Source: Chiloscyllium plagiosum (Eukaryota). Taken from it: a stretch of DNA of 64,000 nucleotides. The position numbers were made by a program, and so were the translations under genes. Positions 49,560 to 62,045 of the stretch are shown here, piece after piece. The notes below the pieces were generated by a model. It did no database searches. It saw only the letters and a program-made list of their open reading frames with translations, and was not told where the DNA came from. Positions within the stretch are counted from its first letter, which is position 1. The number at the start of each line of letters is the position of its first letter. The stretch is taken from assembly GCF_004010195.1 (NCBI RefSeq), contig NC_057718.1:87319352-87383351 (forward strand), given 5' to 3'.

Positions 49560-51450
49560 TAAAAATCCACACGTGATATGTGGATGTTAATGCCTGGGCA
49601 GCATTTTTTCTCACCCTCCCCACTTTAACAGCTGCAGTCCATTTGATGAAGGCAGACCCAGAATGCTGTCAGGGAGGAAATTCAAGGATTTAGGAACAGT
49701 GATATATTTTTAAGTCAGGATGGTGAGTAGTTTGGAGATGTTGCTGTTATCACATCCTGTTGCCCTTGTCCTTCTCGGTAAAAGTGTTTGTGAGTTTGAA
49801 TCGTTCCAAGAAGCTTTGTTGAATTTCTGCAGTACATCTTGTAGATCGTGCACGCTCCCCTAAGCATTGATGATGTGTATGAATGTGGTGGTAATCAAGT
49901 AGGCTGCTTTATCTTGGATGGTATCAAGCTTCTTGAGTATTACAGCTTCACTATACAGGCAATCTGGAATATTCTAATACATTGCTGACTTGTGCTGTGT
50001 AGATGATGGACAGGTTTTTGGGGAGTCAGGAGGTGAGTTACTCACTGCAGTATTCCTAGGTTCTGACCTGCTCAGTCTTGTAGCTAGTCTGGTTAATGGT
50101 AACTCCAAGAATCTTGATCATGGGAGAATCAGTGATGATAATACCATTGAATGTCAAGGGCTGATGGCTGGATTGTCTCTTATTGGAGATGGTCTTTGCC
50201 TGCATTTGTGTGGTGTGAATGATACTTGCCACTTTTCAGCTCAAGCCTGAATATTATCCAGCACTTGTTTCATTTGAACATGACCTGCATCATATCTGAG
50301 TTGTCACAAATGGTGATGAACATTACAATCATTGATAAACATCCACACTCCTGACCATATGATGGAGGGAAGATGATTGATGAGGCAGCTGGGAATAGTT
50401 GGACTGAGGACACTGCCCTAAGGAACTCCAGCGGAGATATTCTGGAGCTGAGTCGACTGACCTCTAGTTATAACCATCCTTCTGTGTACCAGCGATTACT
50501 ACAGCCTTCGGAGAGTTTTCCCTCTATATCCAGTTTTGACTCCAGTTTTGTAAGGACTTCTTAATGCCTCACTTGGTCAATTGCTGAGGGCTGTCACTTT
50601 CACCTCCCCTCCGGAATTCAGCTGTTTTGTCCATGTTTGAACCAAAGCTGTGATGAGGTCAAGAGCTTAGTGGCTCTGGCAGAACACAAACTGGTTATTG
50701 CTGAGCAGGTGAACCCTTCCATCACTTTATTGATTGAGAGTAGATTGTCAGAGTGGTAACTGGCCAGTTTGGGTTTGTCCTGTTTTTATATACAGGGCAT
50801 ACCTGGGCAATTTTATACTTTGTTGGGTGGATGTAGCCAGTGGTGTAGCTGTACTGGAGCAAGTTGGCTAGGGGAGCAGCAGGTTCAGGAACACAAGTCT
50901 TCAGTGCTATTGTGGAATGTGTCAGGGCCTATAGTCTTGATAGTATCCAGTGCCTCCAATTGTTCCTTACTGTTCCTCCATATCACATGGAGTGAATTGA
51001 ATTGGCAAAAGACAGGCATCTGTGATACTGTGGATTTCCAGAGGAGGCTGGAATGGAACATCTACTCAGCACTTCTGGCTGAAGATGGTCGCAAATGCCT
51101 CAGCCTTATCGTTTGCATCGATTTACTGGGCTCTCCCATCATTGAGGATGGGAATATGTTTGGAGCTGCTGCCTCCAGTGAGTTGTTTCATTGTTCACCA
51201 CCATTCATGACTGGACTTGGCAGGACTGCATAGCTTAGATGTGGTGCACTGGTTGCAGGACCAATTAGTTCTGTCAGTCACTATGCCTACTTATTCTTTT
51301 TGCTGTGCCAAGTAGTCCTGTTATGTAGTTTTGCTGGGTTGACGCATTATTGTTGGGTATGCCTGGTGCTGCTCATGGCTTGCTTTCCTGTTCTCTTTTA
51401 ACCACTGTTGATACCCTCATTTAATGGTGATGATACTGTGGGAGTATGCA
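49560..51450 (-). mobile_element. L2/CR1-group LINE fragment (RT region plus 3' end)
   Basis: Reverse-complement similarity to 55250-55870 at the 3' end. RT-like gvpxgsvl relic (gaggacactgccctaaggaactcc) at ~50406-50430. Confidence 0.7.
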
Positions 51451-51597
51451 AGTTGTGTTATCTAAGGTTGGAGATACATTAAATGACAGGATTGTACATA
51501 GGCAATTTAAAGAACAGTTGCATGACTCTCAGCAACTATATTTATCTTCAAGGTGGAAAAACTTTTTTTAAAGTCAATAACTCGCTAATAGAAGTAT

Positions 51598-51708
51598 GGA
51601 GTGTTAGGTAAGGGGTAAATGTAGGGTTTGGGTGGGTTGCGCTTCGGCGGGGCAGTGTGGACTTGTTGGGCCGAAGGGCCTGTTTCACACTGTAAGTAAT
51701 CTAATCTA
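51598..51708 (+). mobile_element. 5'-truncated HE1-type SINE tail
   Basis: gtgttaggtaaggggtaaatgtaggg...ggacttgttgggccgaagggcctgtttcacactgtaagtaatctaatct. Confidence 0.8.
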
Positions 51709-51910
51709 AAAAAAGAAAGGCCTGTGAAGTTGCCAAGAAGAACAGTAATTCTGAGGTTTGGAATGTTTGTAGAATACAACAAAAGAGAACCAAGATACTG
51801 AGGAAAGGGAGAATAGAATATAAATGCAGTCGACCAAATGTATTAAAAACTGACTGTAAAAAATTCTAAAGGTAGGAAAAATGAAATGATTGGCTCGAAT
51901 TAATGTGGGA

Positions 51911-52200
51911 CGAGAGTGTGGTGCTGGAAAAGTACAGCAGGACAGGCAGCATCCGAGGAGCAGGAGAATCAACGTTTTGGACAAGAGCCCTTCATCAGGA
52001 AGGAGGCTTGTGAGCTGCAGGGGTGAAGAGATAAGATTCATCTATCCATCCCCTCGGCTCTCAAGCATCCTTTCTGATGAAGGGCTCTTGCCCAAAAATG
52101 TCGATTCTCCTGCTCCTTGGATGCTGCCTGACCCTGCTGTGTTTTTCCAGCACCACAATTTCGACTCTGACCTCTGGCATCTGAAGTCCTCACTTTCTCC
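51911..52200. mobile_element. Older fold-back Neptune-type PLE with decayed hammerheads in both arms
   Basis: Imperfect inverted arms and a one-sided tail (tcctcactttctcc) at the right end. The TSD is diverged (ctcgaattaatgtggg vs cttgaaatcaatgtggg). Both CTGATGA...GAAA motifs now read ...AAAA. Confidence 0.82.
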
Positions 52201-52520
52201 GACTTGAAATCAATGTGGGGCTATTTACAGACAGTCAGGAGAATTTATAATGGGGAATAGAGAAATCTCAGATAAGCTAAATGGTTACTTTGTTTCTCAC
52301 TGTTGAGGATACTAGAAATATCCAAAAACCTAGAGGTCCAAGGGGCTAAGGAGAATGAGGTATAAGCTTCAATACATAATTTGTAATACTAGGTATAGAA
52401 TGGAATCAACTTTCAATGTCCTCTGTGGTGGAGTCTACCAATTTCTATACCTATAGCAGTTGGGACCCGTTAGCTTGCAGTCCCCTTCCCTACTGCGTAG
52501 TTTGATCTCCTGAGCACTTA

Positions 52521-54223
52521 ATCATAGAATCGTAGAGATGTACAGCATGGAAATAGATCCTTCGGTCCAACTTGTCCATGCCGACCAGATATCCCAACCC
52601 AATCTAGTCCCACCTGCCAGCACCTGGTCCATATCCCTCCAAACCCTTCCTATTCATATACCCATCCAAATGCCTGTCAAATGTTGCAATTGTACGAGCC
52701 TCCACCACATCGTCTGGCAGCTCATTCCATATATGTACCACTCTCTGCGTGGAAAAAGTTGCCCCTTAGGATCTCTCTTATATCTTTCCCCTCTCACCCT
52801 AAACCTATGCCCTCTAGTTCTGGGCTCCCCGACCCCAAGAAAAAGACTTTGTCTATTTATCCTATCCATACCCCTCATAATTTTGTAAACCTCTATAAGG
52901 TCACCCCTCAGCCTCCGACAATCCAGGAAAAACAGCCCCAGCCTGTTCAGCCTCTCCCTATAGCTCAAATCCTCCAACCCTGGCAACATCCTTGTAAATC
53001 TTTTCTGAACCCTTTGAGGTGTTTCAACATCTTTCCAATACGAAGGAGACCAGAATTGCATGCAATATTCCAACAGTGGCCTAACCAGTGTCCTGTACAG
53101 CTGCAACATTACCTCCCAACTCCTGTACTCAATACTCTGACCAATAAAGGAAAGCATACCAAACACCACCTTCACAATCCTATCTACCTGCGACTCCACT
53201 TTCAAGGAGCACTCCAAGGTCTCTTTGTTCAGCAACACTCCCTAGGAAATTACCGTTCAGTGTATAAGTCCTGCTAAGATATGTTTTCCCAAAAGGCAGC
53301 ACCTCGCATTTATCTGAATAAAACTCCATCTGACACTTCTCAGCCCATTGGCCCATCTGGTCTCTTGGAAGCCGACGTACCCCTCGTTGCATTAGAGCCA
53401 GTCTCAATACCAGACATTTGGCTGTTTGTGCTACGTTCCCCTGAGAATCCATCACCCCCTACACTTTCCAAAACAGCATACCTGTTTGAAATGGCTATAT
53501 CCACAAAAGACTCCTGCCCGAGGTGCGTACCTCTCTTACCCTTCCTGGAGTTAACCATCTATGTGACTGTATCTGAGACTTTACCCCCTTCCTGTAACTG
53601 CCATCCATCACATACTGTTGCTGTTGCAAATTCCTCATCGCTTCTATCTGTCTCTCCAACTGATCCACTCGATCTGATAAGATTTGCATCCAACAGCATT
53701 TATGGCAGATATAATCCGCAGTAACCCTTAAACTCTCTTTCAACTCCCACATCTGACAAGAAGTACACATCACTGCAAAGGCCATTTTTGCTCCTTTACA
53801 ATCTACAGACCCAGAAAATAACACCGTCTTATTCTTTTACAAAACACAGCACCAGGTTAAATTAATAGCTATGGCTTATTTTGAGAATAGATATTTATAT
53901 CAAGAGACTTATCTCCAAAAACACATTATCAAGAAAGAACCTATTGTACTCACCAATACTGCCTTTCTCTTGGACAGACTTAAAACAACAATTAACTTAT
54001 CTGATTCTGTGTTGTGAACTTTGCCCAAATCGGTTCCTCCAAGATTAGTTGTGAATTTCATTGTTAATTTTCCCAGATGCACTCCGATGTCCAGCGATAC
54101 ATGAATTCAAAAACAGCAAAGGCAGCAACTGTGCAAGTTCCTCTCCCTCGCGCTCTCCCTCTCGCCACTATGTGCTTCCTTTGTCTGTTCTTCTCCCTTT
54201 TAAAATTGCTGTTGTTTTGACTT
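52521..54223 (-). mobile_element. Internally deleted CR1 LINE: 5'UTR plus ORF1 N-terminus joined to the ORF2 3' end
   Basis: ORF 53495-53824 (MAFAVMCTSCQMWE...YICHKC...LSDRVDQLERQIEAMR) is a CR1 ORF1 zinc-finger/coiled coil. ORF 52654-53238 is the CR1 ORF2 C-terminus. The junction is at about 53362. Confidence 0.82.
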
Positions 54224-55244
54224 CTGAAACACCTTGGACATATTTCTTCATTTTGGATTCTATTAATAAAAAAAAAGCAAGTTGTTTTATGGTTGGTAAG
54301 ACCATTTAGGAATGGCTAGTTTAATTGGAAATTTGACAGGAATATGCTGACTAGATTATTGGAAACATGGCCACAGGTGCTGAAAAGCTACATCACACTA
54401 GAATTTAAAGTGTTATGTTTTGTAGTTACTACATCTAATCACAAAAAAAATCAGATGAAGATCTGAACAAGCCACGGGCAAAATTAGTTTCTTATGGCTT
54501 GTTTTGTTCTTGGTGGGCAAATGAAAACATTGTCTGTTCCTATTCCCTTGAAATGTAAAATAATTTCTACCCTAAACTCTCAATCACAATTTTAAAATTC
54601 CTTCCACCTATGCAATATTCCACTGAGATGTTATAAAATATTAGTGACCTAATGACAAACTGATTTAGTGTGAAATTATTGCATTGCTCCCATTAAGTTT
54701 TATTTATTTGTTCATAGGGTGTGAAAGTTGGCAGAGCTATGATTCATTGACCATTCCGAATTACTTTTGAGGAGGAGGTAGTGAGTTAGCATTCCTTGCA
54801 CCAATTGTAACCTAATCACCAGTACATTTATTGGTGTCATTTTATAACTTTAGGTGAAGTAGAGGTCATCGTGTAAGTTTAGAATCGTCAATGATCATAT
54901 TAGTAATTATTCTAAAACTCTGTCTGAGCAAAAAAAACTCTGAAAATGTTTTACTACTTTTAATAAGAGCCTGAATTGAAAAGCTATTCTACTTTTTGCA
55001 ATCTTGTCAGACCTTGCTTCTTAAAAATAGGATGACTCTGTTACCCAGTCCACTGTGCTTCTGCCCTGTTCTTTCTTCCTCCCCTCAGTTCTTCAATTTA
55101 CACAACATTACCCCTCCTAAAATTGCATATTTCTCTGCCCTTGGCTTGGACTCCTTGAATGTTACATCGTTGAAGATTGATTAGTCACAATTTTATTGTC
55201 AAGAACATGTGCATAAAAATATGATGGCAACTTGCATTTACTTG

Positions 55245-55870
55245 CACCTAAACACAGTAGTTACAAGAGCAGGTCAGAAGCTAGGAATACTGCAGCGAGT
55301 AACTCATCATCTGACTCCTCAAAGCCTGTCCACCATTGACAAGGCACAAGTCAGGAGTGTGATGGAATACTCCCCACTTGCCTGGATAAGTGCAGTCCCA
55401 ATGACGCTCAAGAAGCTTGGTACCATTCAAGACAAAGCAACCTGCTTGATTGGCATGACATCCTCAAGCATTTACTCCTTCTACCTTTGATGCTCCGGAA
55501 CAACAGTGTGTACTATCTCCAAAAAAATGCATTGCAGAAATTCACCAAAGATCCTCAGGCAGTATCTTCCAAGCCCACGAACACTTCCATCTAGAAAGAC
55601 AAGAGCAGCAGATATATGAGAACACCACACGAAGTTCCCCTCCAAGCCACTCACCATCCTGACTAGGAAATATATTGGCACCCCTCCACTGTTGCTGGGT
55701 CAAAGTCTTGGAATTCCCTCCCTAATGGCATTGTGGGTCAACCCACAGCAGGTGGACTGCAGCGGTTTAAGAAGGCAGCTCACCACCGCCATCTCAAGTG
55801 CAACTAGGGATGGGCAATAAATACTGGCAAGCCAGCAACGCCCACATCCCACAAATGAATTTTATTTAAA
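55245..55870 (+). mobile_element. L2/CR1-group LINE 3' end (relatively well preserved)
   Basis: ORF 55209-55490 reads HLNTVVTRAGQKLGILQRVTHHLTPQSLSTIDKAQVRSVMEYSPLAW, a post-RT LINE domain, followed by the 3' tail. Confidence 0.8.
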
Positions 55871-56249
55871 AAGCCTTTAATATTGTAAAGACACTTCCAA
55901 GACACTTCTCAGGACTGTGGTTGAACAAAATTTGTTACCAAATCTGATGAGGTATTCAGATCTCCATCTCCCGCATCTGTCTCGATAGCCCGTCCTTTCC
56001 TCCAGACTCCTTGCTACTGCATTCCTATTCGTGTTCCCGCTCTCTCACATGCGCACATACATAGCAATAATTTGTTTTAAAATATGAAAAAAAAGTAACA
56101 AATTAAATCAATGTGACCTCTTCAGCATAAGACTTAGTGCATAAATAATCCCATGGTACAATTTGCAGAAGAACAGGGGAGTCTGTGTTCTGACTAACAT
56201 TTCTCTTTTTTTTTCGCGCTCTCCTGCTCTCTTCCCCCATGTGCGTGCG

Positions 56250-56286
56250 CTCTCTCTCTCTCTCTCTCCCCTTTTTCTCCCTCCCT

Positions 56287-56327
<41 letters not shown>
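56250..56327. repeat. (CT)n/(CCCT)n microsatellite
   Basis: Directly visible. Confidence 0.9.
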
Positions 56328-56330
<3 letters not shown>

Positions 56331-56349
56331 CTCCCTAAGCCAGCATGTG

Positions 56350-56910
56350 TAGCACATCCTTAATAGCCGTGGGGAAGGTAGAGATGAGCTGCTTTCTTAA
56401 ACTACTGCAGTCCTCAGGATGTAGGGATATCCACAATGCTGTTAGATAGGAAGTTCCAGGATTTTAACACTATAATAATGGAGGAATGATAAACTTCCAA
56501 GCCAGGAAGCTTGTTTTCCCCACATCTGCTACCCTTGTACTCCTAAGTATGGAGGTCACATGTGGCAAATGCTGTCAGAGGGGTCTTAGCGAACTGCTGC
56601 AATGCATCTTGTCACAGATGCACACTATGTCACTGGTGAAGATTTGACTGTTGAAGATAGTAAATGGGTGCCGATCAGTTTGGCTGCTTACTCCTGAATA
56701 ATGTCAAGCTTTTTGAGTGTTGGAGCTGAATCCATCCAGGCAAGTGGACACTATTCCCTTGCACTTCTGGTTCATGCTTTGTTGATAATGGACAGGCATT
56801 AGGGAAACGGGAGATGAGTTACTTGCTGCAGAATTACGTCTTCTGACTAGCTGTTGTAGCCACAATATTTAAACAGCTGGTCCCGTTTAATTTCTAGCCA
56901 TTGGCAACCC
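56350..56910 (-). mobile_element. L2/CR1-group LINE 3' fragment
   Basis: Reverse complement of the 55245-55870 family. Confidence 0.65.
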
Positions 56911-58542
56911 CAGATGTGACATGACGTGAAGCTGTTATGGATCGACTGCTGATGCATTTTATCGCGTTCCAGTTGAGTCCGTGGCCCAGAAATTGAAATG
57001 GCCAGAGTTGTTTTTGCAAAATAACTTGGAATTGTATGTTCGGACCATGCAAAAATCAGTCCATACTCTCTCTCTCTCTGAGAATTAACTGGAAATTTTA
57101 AATAGGGGTGTTACACTGATTACCTAGAACCCCTGTGAAAATGTTCTCTGATGCACTTGAGGTTAATAGTTATTCTGAAAAATTTGAGCATTGAAAGCCA
57201 CCTCTACTACACAGATATGCACACATACACATTGAACCTCCCACACTCGGCCTCCTCACCAGCATGGCATCCGACACCCCCTGCCCAAACACCACCCACC
57301 ACTACCACTTAACTTTGATATGCCTACTCCCAGCTGTTTCATTATGGCTACAGAATATTTCTAGAAACAGGGGATGCTGTCTACAAGCATTCCTGGTTTG
57401 GTCTCCACTGTTTCATAACATGTTTCATCCATGAAATTAGAGAGCTGAATCACTCAAAGTGTAAGTGTTTTTATGTGCAATCAGTGTCAGAAACCGTGTT
57501 TATGACCCTGATCGCAAAACCTGGGCGCTCACTTCAAAAGCATGTAACTGGAGTTAAAATATTCTGGGACATGTTCATTTTGAGAAAGATATTGCAGAAA
57601 TTCAAGTTTTTTTTCTGAACAAAATCTCATAAATGCTAAAAATTTACCGTGTCTTTGGAGAAAATATGCAAAGTTGGTATTTCAGGTGGTTGACTCCTGT
57701 TTCTCTGTCCATACTTGCTAGCTCCCCTGAGTATTCAGAGTTTTCTCTTTTTTTTGGATTTCTACCATCGGTATTCTGCTTTCTGTTCTTTGCTTGTGCA
57801 GTCTCATTTAGCACTATCCCTTTTTGTTTATCTGCCGCTCCCAGATGCTGATAAACATGTTCATTTAGGCCAGCCACCATAATGCTCCCGACCTCTGAAT
57901 CTCCTTCTCTCAACCTTTGTGGCTTATAATTTCCTTTTCTTTTTTCAATGTTTTCATGAAGATTCTTTAATTTTATACTCTCTTGCTTTCTTTTCTCCTC
58001 TGTATGACTGACATGTGAGTAGGCTTATCCAAAATGCTTTGGTGAATCTTGAATTACAGCAAAGGAATCTTACTCTGGGAAACTTATGTAAAATTTAAGA
58101 TTAGATACTGTTTTTGAAATATAGATGTGTAGTCTTGTACAAGTGTGTCCATGAAACATGACAGAATTCACAATGTATACTCGCATGATGAGGGATTGTG
58201 TGATGGAATAGTGATAGTGTAAAGAATGACTGTCTAGAAAGTATCTGACATTGTTTAGCTCATGAATTATAACTAAAGTGGCTGATAATGTGAGAAGAGC
58301 TGTGGAACTGTCTCAGTATTTACACATCACTGATAATCATGCAAACAACTTTTTCCAAAAAAAATCAAATGACTTGTTTAATACTGAGCTTCACCAAACA
58401 GCAGTAAGTTTTGGAGATCTGGAAACTGTTGAACCAAGTAGTAGTCAGGAATGTCAAAAACCCACCTAAGCAGTGGAATGAATGTGGATAACCAAACGGA
58501 GTATTGGAGAGACAAGAGAACATAAGACAAGGAACAGAAGTA

Positions 58543-58761
58543 AAGTCAGTTCTTCTATAATGCAATAGTTGCGTTCTTGTGCAACCCTGCCCATTGTGGA
58601 AAAATCACGCTTTAGAAACAGCACTTAGTGTTGGCACTGTAATTGCAGTACAGTCAACACATGTTTTAAAAGTTCATGCTGTAGAAACAGCATCCCCAAT
58701 TTGACAATCGCCTTACAGCGACGTCACGTTGACGAAACGTACGTTAGAACACAACAACCTG
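58543..58761. mobile_element. Tc1/mariner-pogo (Tigger-like) MITE with TA TSD
   Basis: Flanked by TA at 58541-58542 and 58762-58763. It interrupts the CR1 tail cagaagTA|ggccattcagccc, and is a reverse-complement homologue of 60418-60629. Confidence 0.75.
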
Positions 58762-59455
58762 TAGGCCATTCAGCCCAAATTTTGAGTTTTGTATAAATTG
58801 CGAGAGAATGGCTATATAAGGGCATAAAATTTATGAGGAAGCAAAGTAGCTTGGATGCTAGAAGTCTGAAATTAAAAAAAAGTGTTGGAGCATACAGATC
58901 TAGCATAGAGAGAGCAGTTGTTTGTTTCAAATGTGTGAAGTTTCACCAGAACGGAGGCCTGTGGGTAAAATTATCTTTAAATATGCATTATATTGGTTAG
59001 AAATTTGGCCTCCAGATGATTTTGCCCTGCAATATGTTTGATCAGAACAGAATGAAATGTCGTGATGGATATTTCCTGAGGATGGCAGTGATTTCAGTGA
59101 CCTGAGTGATTTGTTGTACGACTTCAGCAAACTAATGCCAATCACTGAGGACACAGAGTCACACACAGATCAAACTGGAAAGGGTTAGCAAGTTTTTCCA
59201 ATTGCCTGAAGAGTGTAAGTTAGTTATTTGGTTCCCTTTCACAACAGATGAATTATCATTTTATTCAATGAAATTTCATATGCAGCTGTGAGTGACCAGA
59301 GCGCTCAATGGGTGAATTGTTAGTACAGTCAACATAGACCATCCACATCAATTTTTTTTATTGAAAATCTGTCTTTTTTAATTAAATATTCTTTTGTGAA
59401 ATTTGAGTACAGCATATGGGTAATATTTTCATTCAACATTTTTTCTTCTCTGCAG

Positions 59456-59590
59456 GATAACATTTTGCCATCTGCCCTTCCAGAGTAAATGGTTGTATGT
59501 TGGCACAGAAAGAGGCAATGTACATATTGTCAACGTGGAGTCTTTCACACTCTCAGGCTATGTTATTATGTGGAATAAAGCCATTGAACT
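59456..59590 (+). CDS. STXBP5: Tomosyn-1 internal coding exon, 135 bp (equivalent to human exon 5)
   Basis: ttttcttctctgcag|G ATA ACA TTT...GAA CT|gtgagt encodes (R)ITFCHLPFQSKWLYVGTERGNVHIVNVESFTLSGYVIMWNKAIE(L). The phase-2 start completes the AG|G Arg codon from the previous exon. Confidence 0.96.
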
Positions 59591-60417
59591 GTGAGTGTCT
59601 TATTTTTGTGGTGCATGGTTAATAAAGTTTCTTGTTTACTGTTGTGCAATAGATAATTTATATGCTTATTTTCCTACAAAAGATTAATTTTTCTGTCAAA
59701 ATTTGGTAGCGTTGTTTGCCCCACTGCAGATGTTTCAATTCATTGTGGCAAATAGCAATTATTTTTGACAGTTACCTTTTTATTGTTCTTGTATCTGTAT
59801 ATAGAATTAAATTTGGCTCAAACACATGGGACAAACTCTGCCATTCAGGAGGTTTTGTATGCAAAACTTTATATTATTGGGATATGGTGGTCAAGCCAAT
59901 CAGCTCAAATAAAGACAATTATGTGCTCTTTAAAATTAATGTTCTAATTGACAATTCTGAGTTTTAGACAAATGCTTTTATTTTCTTTATTCTGATCAAA
60001 TCGCAAAGGATTTTGCACATGTATTTCACAAAGGCCAAGGACAGTTTTTTTTTAAAAGCTCTTTTGGTGCTTTCAGTGTGAGAAAGGGCCAGGGAAGTCT
60101 GGAAGGCTAACAGCGATTTACAAGTAAAATCAAAGGCAAAAGATCTTGTTTATATTCCAGTTTTATTAAATTTAGGTGCAGAAAGTTCAGAAGCTGTTTT
60201 GTATCTATGCTGTGAGGAATAAAGTTTGTTTCATGTAAATCCTATCGACTTTTCTCCATACTTAACTACTAAATTAACTGTTACAAAATCTGTTTAATTT
60301 ATTAGACTAGGGTTTTTAGCCTGTTTAACTGTTTTGACATTCAATTAGATTAGGGATGATTTACACCTCAGCTAATACCTGTCTTGTTTACACAATTAAG
60401 TCAAATAAAAATAAGTA

Positions 60418-60629
60418 CATGCAGTTCGGCTATAACGTGCATTTTGTCAATCAAATTGACTGTAACGCGATTGGCGAACAAGGTGCTGTTTCTAAAGCGC
60501 AAACTTTTAAAACGTGTTGGCTATAACGAGATTGCATCACCAACACTTAGTGCTATTTTTGTGGCGTGATTTTTATATAGCACGGGATCGCACACAAACA
60601 CAATTAGCACGTAATAGCAGAACTACCTG
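60418..60629. mobile_element. Tc1/mariner-pogo (Tigger-like) MITE with TA TSD
   Basis: TIRs catgcagttcggctataacgtgc / gcacgtaatagcagaactacctg, with TA at 60416-60417 and 60630-60631. Confidence 0.8.
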
Positions 60630-61927
60630 TACTTCAGTTTTTAAATTTTCAGTGGACTGAGCCTCAGCATTTTTTGTGGATGAGAGTTCTAAATTTCACT
60701 ACCTTTTAATGTGAAATAGTGCTTCTAACCTTATTAACTTTAATTTCGTGATCATACCCCTCATGTTCTAGAATCATCCATCCAACCAGAGGCAACAACT
60801 TGTCTCTATCAATAATTTTGAACATTTCCATTAGATTGCCTCAGATCTTCTACATTGTTGTTTTGTATTGTCCTTTAGTGATCGTATTAAGAGCTATGTA
60901 GATATTTCTTGTTTTAGATTGCCAAATGGTGTAGCCCTGGCAACAACATAGACTGGAAAGGCATAGTTGCAACGGGTATGAACGTTTATTCAGATGTTTA
61001 GCCATTCACAATAATTTTATTTTTAATGGACTCTAGTTTAAATCTTGCCTATGTTTGGGTGTGCAGGACATGCCAAATATCTGATGACATTGAAAAGGAA
61101 GCAGGAAGCTTGTTGGGCAGATGAGATTGATTTAAAAGTTACATCAATACATTCAGCCTCTAATGTGGTCACTTTGTGTAGTCAAATTTATTTTTGAAAC
61201 TAAATGATCCATGGCAACAACATAAATTGGCATCATCATGGACCAGTGAGTGTTCTTATTTTGTCTTTCCTCCTCAAAACACCTTTTACTGAGAACTCTT
61301 TAACAATCAACATAAACATCAATGATGTGGGAATAGATAATTCAGCTCCTTTTAACCGGTTTTGACTGAGCTGTACCTTAATTCCATATCCCTTGACATA
61401 CTTTCCCTTAAAATGTTGAGGTTCATTCAAAATGCCGAGGTGTGAAAACATCCCGCGTATTAAGGCAGATATCCCTATTGTTAAATGGCCAGTTAATTTT
61501 TTTTCCAATTATAACACCTTTTGTGATATGTCAAATGCATTTAGCTAAGTACACTGATCTAGAAGCAGGAAAATGCTGGCCAAAAGAAACATCAGAATAT
61601 TTTGTTGGTTTTGTGTAGTATATTTGGTGTAACACAGTGAGTGCATGAAAAGTCTAAAATGTTTACTTAGTTATGCAGATGAATAAGATTTGTCTCAATC
61701 AGAGCAAAAGAAACTTCCTAATATACATTTTCTTTGAACTGTAATATTTACCTGATTGCATGAGGAATACTGCCCAGATATATTTGAACTGCAACTGGTA
61801 AAGCGTTAGATTCAATTTGTGGGAAACTTCTTGTACAAGTCACTTCTTTCCATTATCCTTTGAACTTGTTACTCCTTCTCAGACCTGTGACTAACTCTCC
61901 TGCATTTTCCTTTTTGAAGCCTCTACA

Positions 61928-62045
61928 AGGAGAAAGTGAGGTCTGCAGATGCTGGAGATCAAAGTTGAAACTTTATTGCTGGAACAGCACAGCAGGTCAG
62001 GATGCTGCCTGACCTGCTGTGCTGTTCCAGCAATAAAGTTTCAAC
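61928..62045. mobile_element. Minimal fold-back PLE (118 bp) with 13-bp TSD, no hammerhead
   Basis: 38-bp perfect arms (61964-62001 and 62008-62045), the same tail as 17846, and TSD tgaagcctctaca at 61915-61927 and 62046-62058. Confidence 0.9.

Noticed and set aside
52654..53824. Host genes in the 109-198 aa ORFs
   Set aside because: They translate as CR1 ORF1/ORF2 fragments or their antisense frames.
8494..59455. Additional or recursive STXBP5 exons within the 51-kb intron
   Set aside because: The flanking exons join in frame with no missing residues, and I found no convincing extra exon or ratchet site by eye.
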